51,588 bases of DNA from Desulfobulbaceae bacterium. GTDB lineage: Bacteria; Desulfobacterota; Desulfobulbia; Desulfobulbales; SURF-16. Numbering within the stretch: position 1 is the first letter of the stretch; each line of letters begins with the position of its first letter. Positions 19,958-28,575 of the stretch are shown one piece after another. The notes beneath the pieces were generated by a model. That model had not been told where the DNA came from, made no database searches, and saw only the letters and a program-made list of their open reading frames with translations. The stretch spans positions 1 to 51,588 of the forward strand of contig QKJV01000214.1 in NCBI GenBank assembly GCA_003249165.1, read 5' to 3'. Both the position numbers and the translations under genes were made by a program.

Positions 19958-21886
19958 CTATTCTCTGATGTGGAATTGCTGGTTGAGACTTGACTGGATT
20001 TTTCTTATGACCTCGAAAGATTCTTTTAAGGTTTTTTTCTCTAAATCAGAGAGATCGGCAGGATTAATATAATTATTCGGCTGCATGCCTTCTTCCAGCA
20101 TATGTAGTTGGTGAATGAGACGAAGTTGCATGAGAAATTCGTAAGCCTCAACAGTTTCAGTATATAATTCCTGTGATATATGCCGCTGTTCATTGAGGAG
20201 TTGTAAACGGCCCAAGGTATTTGTCTCGGCAATTCCATTTTTAAGAGCCATAAGTCTGGCAAAATCGACAAAAGGCACAAGCCCTCGTTCTTTAATGTTA
20301 AGCCTGTTTCTGTGCTCCCCATTCTTTTCTACAATCAGATTTTTGAAAAATGAAAGAGGTGGGCGTGATGTAAGGCAGAACCTCGCAAGATGATTAAGAA
20401 ATATTTCCTGCCTCGGTACAGCTTCACACAGATGACTTCTAAGATTTTCTGCCAGACTTTTATCGCCATAACCTGCCCTGAAATCAAAAAAAATTGTGGT
20501 GTTGAGTACCTCTTGTGCGTCTGGAATAAGCATCCAGCGATCAAATTCCCGTTTCCAACCTTTCAAATCTTTCCGAAGATCAGGATTCGAAGCCATTATA
20601 TTGCCAGGACAACGTGGATATCCACATTGAACGAGATGTTCTATTACTTCCTCCGAAAAAATTTTAAAGTAATTCTCTGCGTCTTGTCTGCTATCCTTGT
20701 CTGCAGGAATTTCGCATATTAGGGCATTATCCTGGTCTGTTCGAAATGTTTGCTCTCGTCTTCCCTCACTCCCCATGAGTATAAAGCAGAATTTTGCCGG
20801 TGGAGGTCCCATTTTTTCAATCATCAGATGAAGTATACGATCAAGTATCTGATCGTTTAATATTGTTATCATTCTGGTAATGTTGTTTGCCTTTGCCCCT
20901 TCTTCAATAAGGGATCTTACAACAAGCGGAACTTTAAGCGAGAGTTGATAGAGATCATCGATGCGACGTTGACTCATAATTTCCCTGAAAAGATATAGAG
21001 GAGATGTCCCTTGAAGAACCATGATGTCATGGGTGGTAACAACCCCGGCAATCTTATCCTGTTTTTTTATTCCTAAATGATGAATGCGTTTACTCATCAT
21101 TTCAAGTAACGCATCAAAACAGACCGCATGTGAGTCTATTGTATGAACAGGGACACTCATAATTTCTTTGACTTGTGTTTGATAATCAAGCCCGAGAGCA
21201 ACAACTTTAGTCCGCAAATCTTTATCTGTTATAATGCCGATAATATCTCCGTTCCCATCCTGTACAAGGAGAGAACCGATATGAAGTTGTGCCATGCGGA
21301 TTGCTGCATTCTGAACAGTATCTTCTGCATGAATTACTTGGGGCTCCCCTTTGACAATAGCTCCGACTTGTGCACTGAAAAGATATAGAGAACCTTCAGT
21401 CCTGGTTGAAACACGGATTTGACGTAATTCTTTATAGGCTGTTCTAACCAGTTTTTCCGACATCCGTCGAAGAAAGAAGGTGGTAACTTTTGGTACGGAA
21501 TGCAGTAAATCAAGAAACGCTTCCTTGCTGAATAGAAAACAGAAGGTGTCTTCTACGGTTTCCACATTAAGATTTGCATTCGTATTCCTTATAAGAGGGA
21601 GTGCACCAAAGTATTCCCCCTCTCCCCGAAAATCTTTAAGAGTGACTTTTCCCTGCTCATCTCGTAGATAGGTTTTAACTCCGCCTTTTTGTATTATGTA
21701 AAAATGGGTTACTTCTGTTGTATCCTGCTGGAAGATGAGAGTCTTTTTAGGAAAGAAGTCGATAATACACTGTTTGGAGAGTCTTTTTAATGTGTCATCG
21801 TCAAGTTCGTTGAAGGGAAGTGTTTTCTTGAGAAATTCCAGAACGATTTCAGGTGAAACTGCGTGAACATCTTGTTTTTGAGGCAT
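19958..21886 (-). CDS. cNMP-binding / CBS-pair / DUF294 putative nucleotidyltransferase
   Basis: N-terminal cNMP domain (GEYFG), two CBS domains (GIITDKDLR), MGSEGRREQTFRTDQDNAL NTase motif, CPGNIMASNP and DUF294_C. Start 21886 or 21895. Confidence 0.9.
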   Translation of the reverse strand: MPQKQDVHAVSPEIVLEFLKKTLPFNELDDDTLKRLSKQCIIDFFPKKTLIFQQDTTEVTHFYIIQKGGVKTYLRDEQGKVTLKDFRGEGEYFGALPLIRNTNANLNVETVEDTFCFLFSKEAFLDLLHSVPKVTTFFLRRMSEKLVRTAYKELRQIRVSTRTEGSLYLFSAQVGAIVKGEPQVIHAEDTVQNAAIRMAQLHIGSLLVQDGNGDIIGIITDKDLRTKVVALGLDYQTQVKEIMSVPVHTIDSHAVCFDALLEMMSKRIHHLGIKKQDKIAGVVTTHDIMVLQGTSPLYLFREIMSQRRIDDLYQLSLKVPLVVRSLIEEGAKANNITRMITILNDQILDRILHLMIEKMGPPPAKFCFILMGSEGRREQTFRTDQDNALICEIPADKDSRQDAENYFKIFSEEVIEHLVQCGYPRCPGNIMASNPDLRKDLKGWKREFDRWMLIPDAQEVLNTTIFFDFRAGYGDKSLAENLRSHLCEAVPRQEIFLNHLARFCLTSRPPLSFFKNLIVEKNGEHRNRLNIKERGLVPFVDFARLMALKNGIAETNTLGRLQLLNEQRHISQELYTETVEAYEFLMQLRLIHQLHMLEEGMQPNNYINPADLSDLEKKTLKESFEVIRKIQSSLNQQFHIRE

Positions 21887-21946
21887 TGGACGCATTCCCC
21901 TATTTTAAAATCTGTTTGCTGAATGAGCCGTAACTCTATGATTTTA

Positions 21947-23731
21947 TTAAACCCGGACGATCGGGAAATCGGTATAAGTTTTCTCCGCGGTATTTTTTTT
22001 TAGTTTGTAACAACTCGGCTTCGCAAAAGAGGTAAAAGTGTTGTTGGATGCGTAATCTTGGCGGATTTTGTTGAAATCTTGATGGCGGGTTAGAAAAGCA
22101 TCGACAATATCCGGGGCAAAATGCCGCCCTTTTTCCCTTTCGATAATGGCCATGGCTTCTTCATGTGGGCAGGCTGAACGGTATTTACGCACTGTGGTCA
22201 GTGCATCATAAACATCTGCAAGTGCGACAATACGTGCAGCCAAGGGAATCTCTTCCTCTCGTAACCCGTAAGGATAACCGGTACCATCCCATTTTTCATG
22301 ATGAAAATAGGCTATAGCCTTTGCCATGGATAAAAAAGATTGTTCCCCTGCGTGATCATCAACGGCCTTGAGAATGTTCCCTCCGTAAGTTGTGTGCTGT
22401 CTAATGATTTCGGTTTCTTCCGGCGTAAATCTCGATTGTTTCAGGAGAATTTCATCTGATATACTGACTTTACCGATGTCATGCAGAATAGATGAGTGAT
22501 AGAGGTCTTCAATATACTGGGCGTTTATGTATTCTTTATATTTATTTTTTGTTGCCAGTTCCCTGGCGAGTATTTGGCTGTATTCACGAATTCTTTCTAG
22601 ATGTTTACCGGTATGGGAGTCACGGTATTCTGACAATTTTGCCAATCCCAGTATGGTCGCAGTTCTTGTTTCCTGCACCGTTTTCAGCGATTGAAGCAGT
22701 TCATTGTCCATTTTTACACGGTTTGAAATATCTCTGATCAGCATCTGGAATCCGACCACCACTCCTTCTTTCCTGATAACAGTGGCGTTACATTCTACAT
22801 TGAAAAGAGAGTTGTCCTCACTAAGGAGCCTAAATTGAAAACCGGTAACATTTTCGCCGAGACGAAGTTGTGACAGCAGTTGCGACTGGATAGCCTGCCT
22901 ATCATCAGGATGTATAAGCTGAAGAAAATCGATATCCAGTTCCGCATCATGTAAATGTAAATTGGTAAAAAACCTTGGGTTAGCCAGAAGTATTTTGTTG
23001 TCCATATCGACGAGAATGACATCGTCGATAATGTTCTCATAAAGATCTCGATATCGACTTTCCGATTCTTTCAGTTCGTTGGTTCTTTTTTTGACATCAT
23101 CCTCTAATTTTTCAGCATAATATCCCAGTTTTGTCCCGATTTCACGTTCCTTCATACGTAGATTGAACTCGTTAATTCTGGCATTGTGTTCGGCATTGCT
23201 TTGCACGGTAATAATAATGATAAAGGAGATAAGAAAAAAAGAGTTTACGAGAAAATCGTGATAAGAGGTGGATGTCCAAGGGTTAAATATAAAAATGGGT
23301 ATTACATAAATTGCATAAAGAATTCCGCCTAAAAAAAATGTCTGATTCCGTGTCAAGGGAAAGATCGCGGCGAAAATGACGAGAACCAGCATGAGGCTTA
23401 CATAATAGAATGATGAAAACCCACCCATATTGACAATCATTGGCGAAATAGTAATAGCCGAGACGAGGTAGGCGGTCGTACCAAAAAGAAAGGGATAACG
23501 TTTTTTTTTGTCTTGGGAATTCAGGAGGAGTACAAAAAGACATACCAGAGATGCGGTTAATCTCCATATGAGAAATTTATTAAAATGATAGCGTACGTCA
23601 ACATAATCTATAACAGAAAACAATGGGAGCAGGATTGCCATTGTCCAGAGAATTACTTTGGCCCGCTGATGAAGCAGTTCCTGCATCTCATGATGGTATA
23701 TGGCAGCGTATTCCGGTTTAATCTGATTCAT
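21947..23731 (-). CDS. membrane sensor (about 6 TM)-PAS-HD-GYP cyclic-dinucleotide phosphodiesterase (paralog 1)
   Basis: Hydrophobic N-terminal ~180 aa, PAS (IHPDD...RDIS), HDIGK, HHEKWDGTGYP and ARIVALADVYDAL. Confidence 0.9.
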   Translation of the reverse strand: MNQIKPEYAAIYHHEMQELLHQRAKVILWTMAILLPLFSVIDYVDVRYHFNKFLIWRLTASLVCLFVLLLNSQDKKKRYPFLFGTTAYLVSAITISPMIVNMGGFSSFYYVSLMLVLVIFAAIFPLTRNQTFFLGGILYAIYVIPIFIFNPWTSTSYHDFLVNSFFLISFIIIITVQSNAEHNARINEFNLRMKEREIGTKLGYYAEKLEDDVKKRTNELKESESRYRDLYENIIDDVILVDMDNKILLANPRFFTNLHLHDAELDIDFLQLIHPDDRQAIQSQLLSQLRLGENVTGFQFRLLSEDNSLFNVECNATVIRKEGVVVGFQMLIRDISNRVKMDNELLQSLKTVQETRTATILGLAKLSEYRDSHTGKHLERIREYSQILARELATKNKYKEYINAQYIEDLYHSSILHDIGKVSISDEILLKQSRFTPEETEIIRQHTTYGGNILKAVDDHAGEQSFLSMAKAIAYFHHEKWDGTGYPYGLREEEIPLAARIVALADVYDALTTVRKYRSACPHEEAMAIIEREKGRHFAPDIVDAFLTRHQDFNKIRQDYASNNTFTSFAKPSCYKLKKNTAEKTYTDFPIVRV

Positions 23732-23975
23732 TTATTGCCTTTTTGTATCTTCCATGTTGCAGATTTGTGGTAGATAAAAAGTCAGGATTTTTTTGATTGC
23801 CCCATACCTATTTATTAATATTCAATTATAAATTTCAAAATTTTAAATCATTACGAAAATGTGCTTGCCATCTGAGTTGATTTAGTTCGAGTAATATTTT
23901 TTATCTTTATTGTTTAGTGATTTCCAATAATTATTAGAAAATATAACTACTAAATAATAAAATAAAGAAAATATT

Positions 23976-24560
23976 TCAGCGAATAGCCCTTTTTTTCTGT
24001 TCAATTTCTATATCGAGCTGTTTGAGCTGATTAATCAGATTTTTCATAGTCTGATTTTCTTTAGTCAGTATATCAATTTCCTGTCTCAAAGTTGTACACT
24101 GATGTTGAAGGGCTTCTTTATCTTTCACTAATGACATATTCGCTTTTTGCAAATATGTTTCGCGATTTTTGTCGGTTACCTCTTGTACTCTTTCTGGGCA
24201 ATTCGTTGCATTCAACAATTTCTTTATGTGCTGAATTTCCAGCCGAATATTTTTTTGAGGTTGAGAAAGTTTTTCATACTGATCAAGGGCGTTGATTGCC
24301 TTGTCGAAATCCGGTTCGGGATTGTTGCTGTGAGAATAAAGAAGAGAAAGATAGAGATAGGTTTCTGCTGTGGGAACTTTTTGTTCTGCATTTTTATTTT
24401 TTTTGAGACTATCTTCCAAAAAATGAATTTCTTTATTAACCTCAGACTTATTCAGCGCCAAATAATAGTCGGTTGATTTTGTGAACAGATGTTTCTCAAC
24501 ACATCCTGTGTTTGTGAAGAGAAGAAAGAGAAGAGGTAATATTTTTAGAATGTTTAACAT
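23976..24560 (-). CDS. lipoprotein with TPR-like helices and C-terminal coiled coil (QseG-like)
   Basis: Lipobox ...FTNTG|C, helical YLYLSLLY...DKAINAL segment, C-terminal coiled coil QLKQLDIEIEQK. Confidence 0.6.
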   Translation of the reverse strand: MLNILKILPLLFLLFTNTGCVEKHLFTKSTDYYLALNKSEVNKEIHFLEDSLKKNKNAEQKVPTAETYLYLSLLYSHSNNPEPDFDKAINALDQYEKLSQPQKNIRLEIQHIKKLLNATNCPERVQEVTDKNRETYLQKANMSLVKDKEALQHQCTTLRQEIDILTKENQTMKNLINQLKQLDIEIEQKKRAIR

Positions 24561-24590
24561 GATTTTTTATCGATAATATTTTTAGGGGTT

Positions 24591-25967
24591 TTATTTGATG
24601 ACTTTCGGGATGAACACATTTTCTCTTTTAGTCTGGTCTGTTTTTTCCCCTCTGCGATTCACCACATATATACTTCCCTGTTGAGATTTAGCATGTTCTT
24701 TCAGTTCAGCCGCAATCTCCGCAATTTCAATATGGTTCATGTTTTTTACGTTTTCGTTAGTAACAACAGCAATTGAAATCGACATTATAGGAAATCTGAC
24801 TTTCAGACCTTGACGCGTAACACCCTCGATATAACCACGTAATTTATCTTCCGGTTTATAAAACGACAAAACCTTCAAATCAAATTTTCTTATAATAGCT
24901 TCGCAAATTTTTTTGTAATTGGTATTTTTGACTATGAGAGCGAAATCATCTCCTCCTATGTGGCCAACAAAATCATCGTCAGCCCCGTGATTAACCACAG
25001 CCTCTCTGATTACTTCGGCCGTTGTACGAATGACTTCGTTGCCTTTGGCATAACCATATCGATCGTTAAATGATTTGAAATTATCAAGATCGAGCATACA
25101 GAAAGCAAGATACTCTCCTGATTCCAAACGTTTTTTGAGGACATTTTCAATTGCCACTCCACCCGGCAGTCGTGTAAGAGGATTTGAATCAATATGAAGT
25201 TCCTCCAACCGCCCCAGTCTAGAAATCATGGAATTGAATGCTTTAGCAAGTTGACCAAATTCATCATGCGAGCTGACTTCTGTTAGATGAGTAAATTTGC
25301 CCTGCGATACAATTTCAGTAGCTTCTTTCAGTTTCTTAATAGATTGGGAAAGGCTTCTGCAAACAACTGCTATTGCGCCGAGGCCAAGCAATACTGCAAG
25401 TCCTGACAACATTAAGGTCGTTCGGAAAATGTTAATGCTAACATTGCCGAATTTTTGCATTTTTTGCTGTTGGTTTGATCTGGCAATATCTTCAATATGT
25501 TTGATTAATGAGAGAATTTCGTCAAGATTCCCTCTGAGCAACTGGCTGTCTGGATGAATCGATTCTTTGGAATTGATTGTACTGAATTGTTTCCTGTATA
25601 TTGCTTCGAATTCGTCATGGAGAGAGGCAAGCTGGGCAATGGGAATATTTTTCTGCTCTGGCAATTCATACACCTGGGTGATAAGATCATTAAAATCTTT
25701 ACCGCGTTGCCAGAACATGTCTTTCATCTCTGAACTTTTTAGAATCAAAAATCTCCGTCCATACGCTTCCTGGGCAAGAAGAGTATCACTCATTTGGTTG
25801 GAAAACTGGATCAATACAGCGTCATTTTTGAGGATATTCTTATTAATTTTGTCAAGTTCCTGCAAGCCTTGCAATGATATTGCTGCTATACAGACAGTAA
25901 CCAACATAACAGGCAAATAGCCAAGAATCATTTTTTCTTCAAGCGTTAACCGCAAAAGACGCTTCAT
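24591..25967 (-). CDS. membrane diguanylate cyclase (periplasmic sensor-HAMP-GGDEF)
   Basis: Two TM segments, HAMP (DEFGQLAKAFNSM), NPLTRLP, DLDNFKSFND and the HIGGDDF active site. Confidence 0.88.
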   Translation of the reverse strand: MKRLLRLTLEEKMILGYLPVMLVTVCIAAISLQGLQELDKINKNILKNDAVLIQFSNQMSDTLLAQEAYGRRFLILKSSEMKDMFWQRGKDFNDLITQVYELPEQKNIPIAQLASLHDEFEAIYRKQFSTINSKESIHPDSQLLRGNLDEILSLIKHIEDIARSNQQQKMQKFGNVSINIFRTTLMLSGLAVLLGLGAIAVVCRSLSQSIKKLKEATEIVSQGKFTHLTEVSSHDEFGQLAKAFNSMISRLGRLEELHIDSNPLTRLPGGVAIENVLKKRLESGEYLAFCMLDLDNFKSFNDRYGYAKGNEVIRTTAEVIREAVVNHGADDDFVGHIGGDDFALIVKNTNYKKICEAIIRKFDLKVLSFYKPEDKLRGYIEGVTRQGLKVRFPIMSISIAVVTNENVKNMNHIEIAEIAAELKEHAKSQQGSIYVVNRRGEKTDQTKRENVFIPKVIK

Positions 25968-26368
25968 TTTTTTACCTCAAATACAGATATGTAATTATTC
26001 CCAAGATTTTAAATTTTTTTTTTGTCGCAGATACACATCCGAACTTTTGGATTTGATAATTAGGAAGCAGAAAAGGAAGTAATCAAATAATTTTATACAA
26101 TGAACTGACATTTTTTCTAGAGCTGATCTGAATAAAATTTGGAAGAATTATATTAAGTGTCGACGGCCAGACTTTTACTCACTCAAAAAGTGTTTCAAAA
26201 CATTTCATTAAAATGATACTCTTTAACCGGTTCAAATGAAATTGAAATTCCGTTACTTGCTTAATGTTATATTAATTTTCGGTAGTGCATGCCTGCCAAG
26301 TTGCAATCGATTCAATCAAATATAATATTTTAAAAGTTCATTATTTTAGTATGTAAAGGGGAGAAATA

Positions 26369-26722
26369 ATGTTTGGAAATAAAATTTTTCCTTTTTCCTT
26401 TATTCTTTACCTGTCATCGTTTGCTGCTTGTACATCGTATCAACCTCCTTTTACACATTATTTGTGCCATACAATGACTTTTGCTGAAGTTTTGAAGGTG
26501 GCGAAGCAAAATAAAATGTCTGTTTATGAGGAGATTGCCGTCTATAAAGGTTATCGACTTTTGTGTTTTAAAAGTGATACCAGCGGCCCTGATGTGTTTC
26601 TTATTGTGAATCTGGAAGGGAAGCCTGTGTTGCGAAATTTTCAAAATGGCATGATGAATGATAGGATACTTATAAATTACGTCGAGGATTTTGACAGGCA
26701 TAATAATTTAGAAATTGACTGA
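26369..26722 (+). CDS. hypothetical small lipoprotein
   Basis: AAGGGGAG RBS, signal peptide with lipobox-like FAA|C; it is the best ORF in the gap. Confidence 0.6.
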   Translation: MFGNKIFPFSFILYLSSFAACTSYQPPFTHYLCHTMTFAEVLKVAKQNKMSVYEEIAVYKGYRLLCFKSDTSGPDVFLIVNLEGKPVLRNFQNGMMNDRILINYVEDFDRHNNLEID

Positions 26723-26877
26723 TAAGAAAGTTTTTTGTTGCCGGACGAAATTGTTGTGTGGGTAATTGTTTATTCCACGAGATAACAATATTGTCTGAAA
26801 TAAGCTTAGCGAAATATCCTTTAGGTAAGAATCTATTGATTCTTGCAGGGTTGCTAAATTGACTTTCATAAAGAAGA

Positions 26878-28575
26878 TTATTGAACGAGAATATTTAATC
26901 TGGCTTTTTGAAAGTCATTTTCTCGAGTAAGAAATGCATCAGTAACATCCGGGTCAAAATGTTTCCCTGAATCCTTTAAAATAATTTGTTTTGCCTGCTC
27001 ATGACTTATAGCTGATTTGTAGCACCTTCTTGATGTCAGGGCGTCATAGGCATCGGCAAGCGCAACAATTCGGGCCGATAAAGGAATTTCTTTGCCGGAT
27101 AACCCGCTTGGATAGCCGGTACCATTCCATTTTTCATGGTGATAATATGCGATCTGTTTTCCAATAGTCAGGAAGGATTGGCCTTTGGTCAGTTTTTCAC
27201 TCTCACACAATGCATCTCCGCCATAAACGGAATGACACATCATTATCTCATACTCCTCGGGTGTCAACTTCCCCGGTTTGAGCAGGATATTGTCTGGTAT
27301 GCCTACTTTACCAATATCATGTAAAATCGAAGATAAATAAATATCGTCAATATATTCAGGGGTAATATAATGTTGGTAAGCTGGATGTTTTGATAATTCC
27401 GCAGCAAGAATTTTTGAATACTCACGAATTCTTTCCAGATGATTTCCTGTGTCTCTGTCACGGAACTCAGCTAGTTTAGCTAATGCAAGAATAGCGGTTG
27501 TCCTTGATTTATCGATGAGATGATAAGATTCGAGGAGTTTTTTTTCCATTTTTTTTCTTTCAGTGATATCTCTGATGACAAGCTGAAATTCGAGCGCTCC
27601 TCCTTCTTTAACAATTTTTCTTGCATTACATTCAACGTTTATAGGCTGATCTCCCTTTCCAATGATTATAAACTGAACATCTTTTACAGGTTCACCCAGG
27701 AAAAGTTTAGGGAGCATTCCACCTGTTACGACAGCTAAACTGTCTGGATGAATTATGTTGAGGAGTGATTTCCCTGCGAAGCTATTTTGTGTAATACCAA
27801 TAATGTTATAAAAGTGATTATTTGCCACTATGACCTTTGCATTACAATCAATGAGCACAATCAGATCAAGAATATTTTCGTATAATTCTTTGTAACGCAG
27901 TTCAGATTCTTCTATTTTTTTTACTCGTTTAACAACCTCATCCTCGAGATTATGGGTATAGAAAGATAGATCCTTATTCATCGATTTTAGATTCATATTA
28001 AGATTAAATTTCCGGATCCTAGCTTTTGTTTCTTCGTTGCACTGAACAAGACTGACGATGATAAAGGCGATGAAAAAGAAACTGTAACAAAAAAAAATCT
28101 TGTTATTTTCGGCAGTGGGTTGGCTGAAGAGTACGACTGGAATGGCATAAGTAAGATAGAGGGTGAATCCCGCAATAGCGGCCTGTTTAATAGTAAGTGG
28201 CAATAATGCGAATCCGCCCACGGAGACGAGAAGGAGGCCAACATAGTATGATGAGGCGTATCCTCCTGTTTTCAATACCATTAGGGAGATGGTAAGACCT
28301 CCCAGAAGATAGGCCGCCAGCGTCAGGAACATTGTCAGAAGAGGATTGTTCTTCCTGCGCAGAATAAGAATGAATAGTATCAAGATAAAAGCAAAGGTTA
28401 GCCTATAACCGAGAAAACGAATAAAATGTTCCTTGGCTGCGAATGAATCCAGAAGTGAAAACAGGGGGTAAAAAACAATGCCGAGCTTAAAAAACGTGTT
28501 TGCCCTCTGCAGGAAAAATTTTCTGGTTTCCTGATCGTAAACAGATCTATATTCTAATGAGGTTTGTTCAATCAT
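26878..28575 (-). CDS. membrane sensor (about 6 TM, PhcS-like)-PAS-HD-GYP phosphodiesterase (paralog 2)
   Basis: TM domain with FSLLD...RL...MV.KTGG..S.YYVGL.L, PAS (IHPD...RDITERK), HDIGK and HHEKWNGTGYP. ATGA overlap with the upstream methyltransferase. Confidence 0.9.
   Translation of the reverse strand: MIEQTSLEYRSVYDQETRKFFLQRANTFFKLGIVFYPLFSLLDSFAAKEHFIRFLGYRLTFAFILILFILILRRKNNPLLTMFLTLAAYLLGGLTISLMVLKTGGYASSYYVGLLLVSVGGFALLPLTIKQAAIAGFTLYLTYAIPVVLFSQPTAENNKIFFCYSFFFIAFIIVSLVQCNEETKARIRKFNLNMNLKSMNKDLSFYTHNLEDEVVKRVKKIEESELRYKELYENILDLIVLIDCNAKVIVANNHFYNIIGITQNSFAGKSLLNIIHPDSLAVVTGGMLPKLFLGEPVKDVQFIIIGKGDQPINVECNARKIVKEGGALEFQLVIRDITERKKMEKKLLESYHLIDKSRTTAILALAKLAEFRDRDTGNHLERIREYSKILAAELSKHPAYQHYITPEYIDDIYLSSILHDIGKVGIPDNILLKPGKLTPEEYEIMMCHSVYGGDALCESEKLTKGQSFLTIGKQIAYYHHEKWNGTGYPSGLSGKEIPLSARIVALADAYDALTSRRCYKSAISHEQAKQIILKDSGKHFDPDVTDAFLTRENDFQKARLNILVQ

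Noticed and set aside
25968-26368. Possible c-di-GMP riboswitch or sigma54 promoter upstream of the diguanylate cyclase
   Set aside because: I found no GEMM-type consensus and no correctly spaced GG-N10-GC element by eye.
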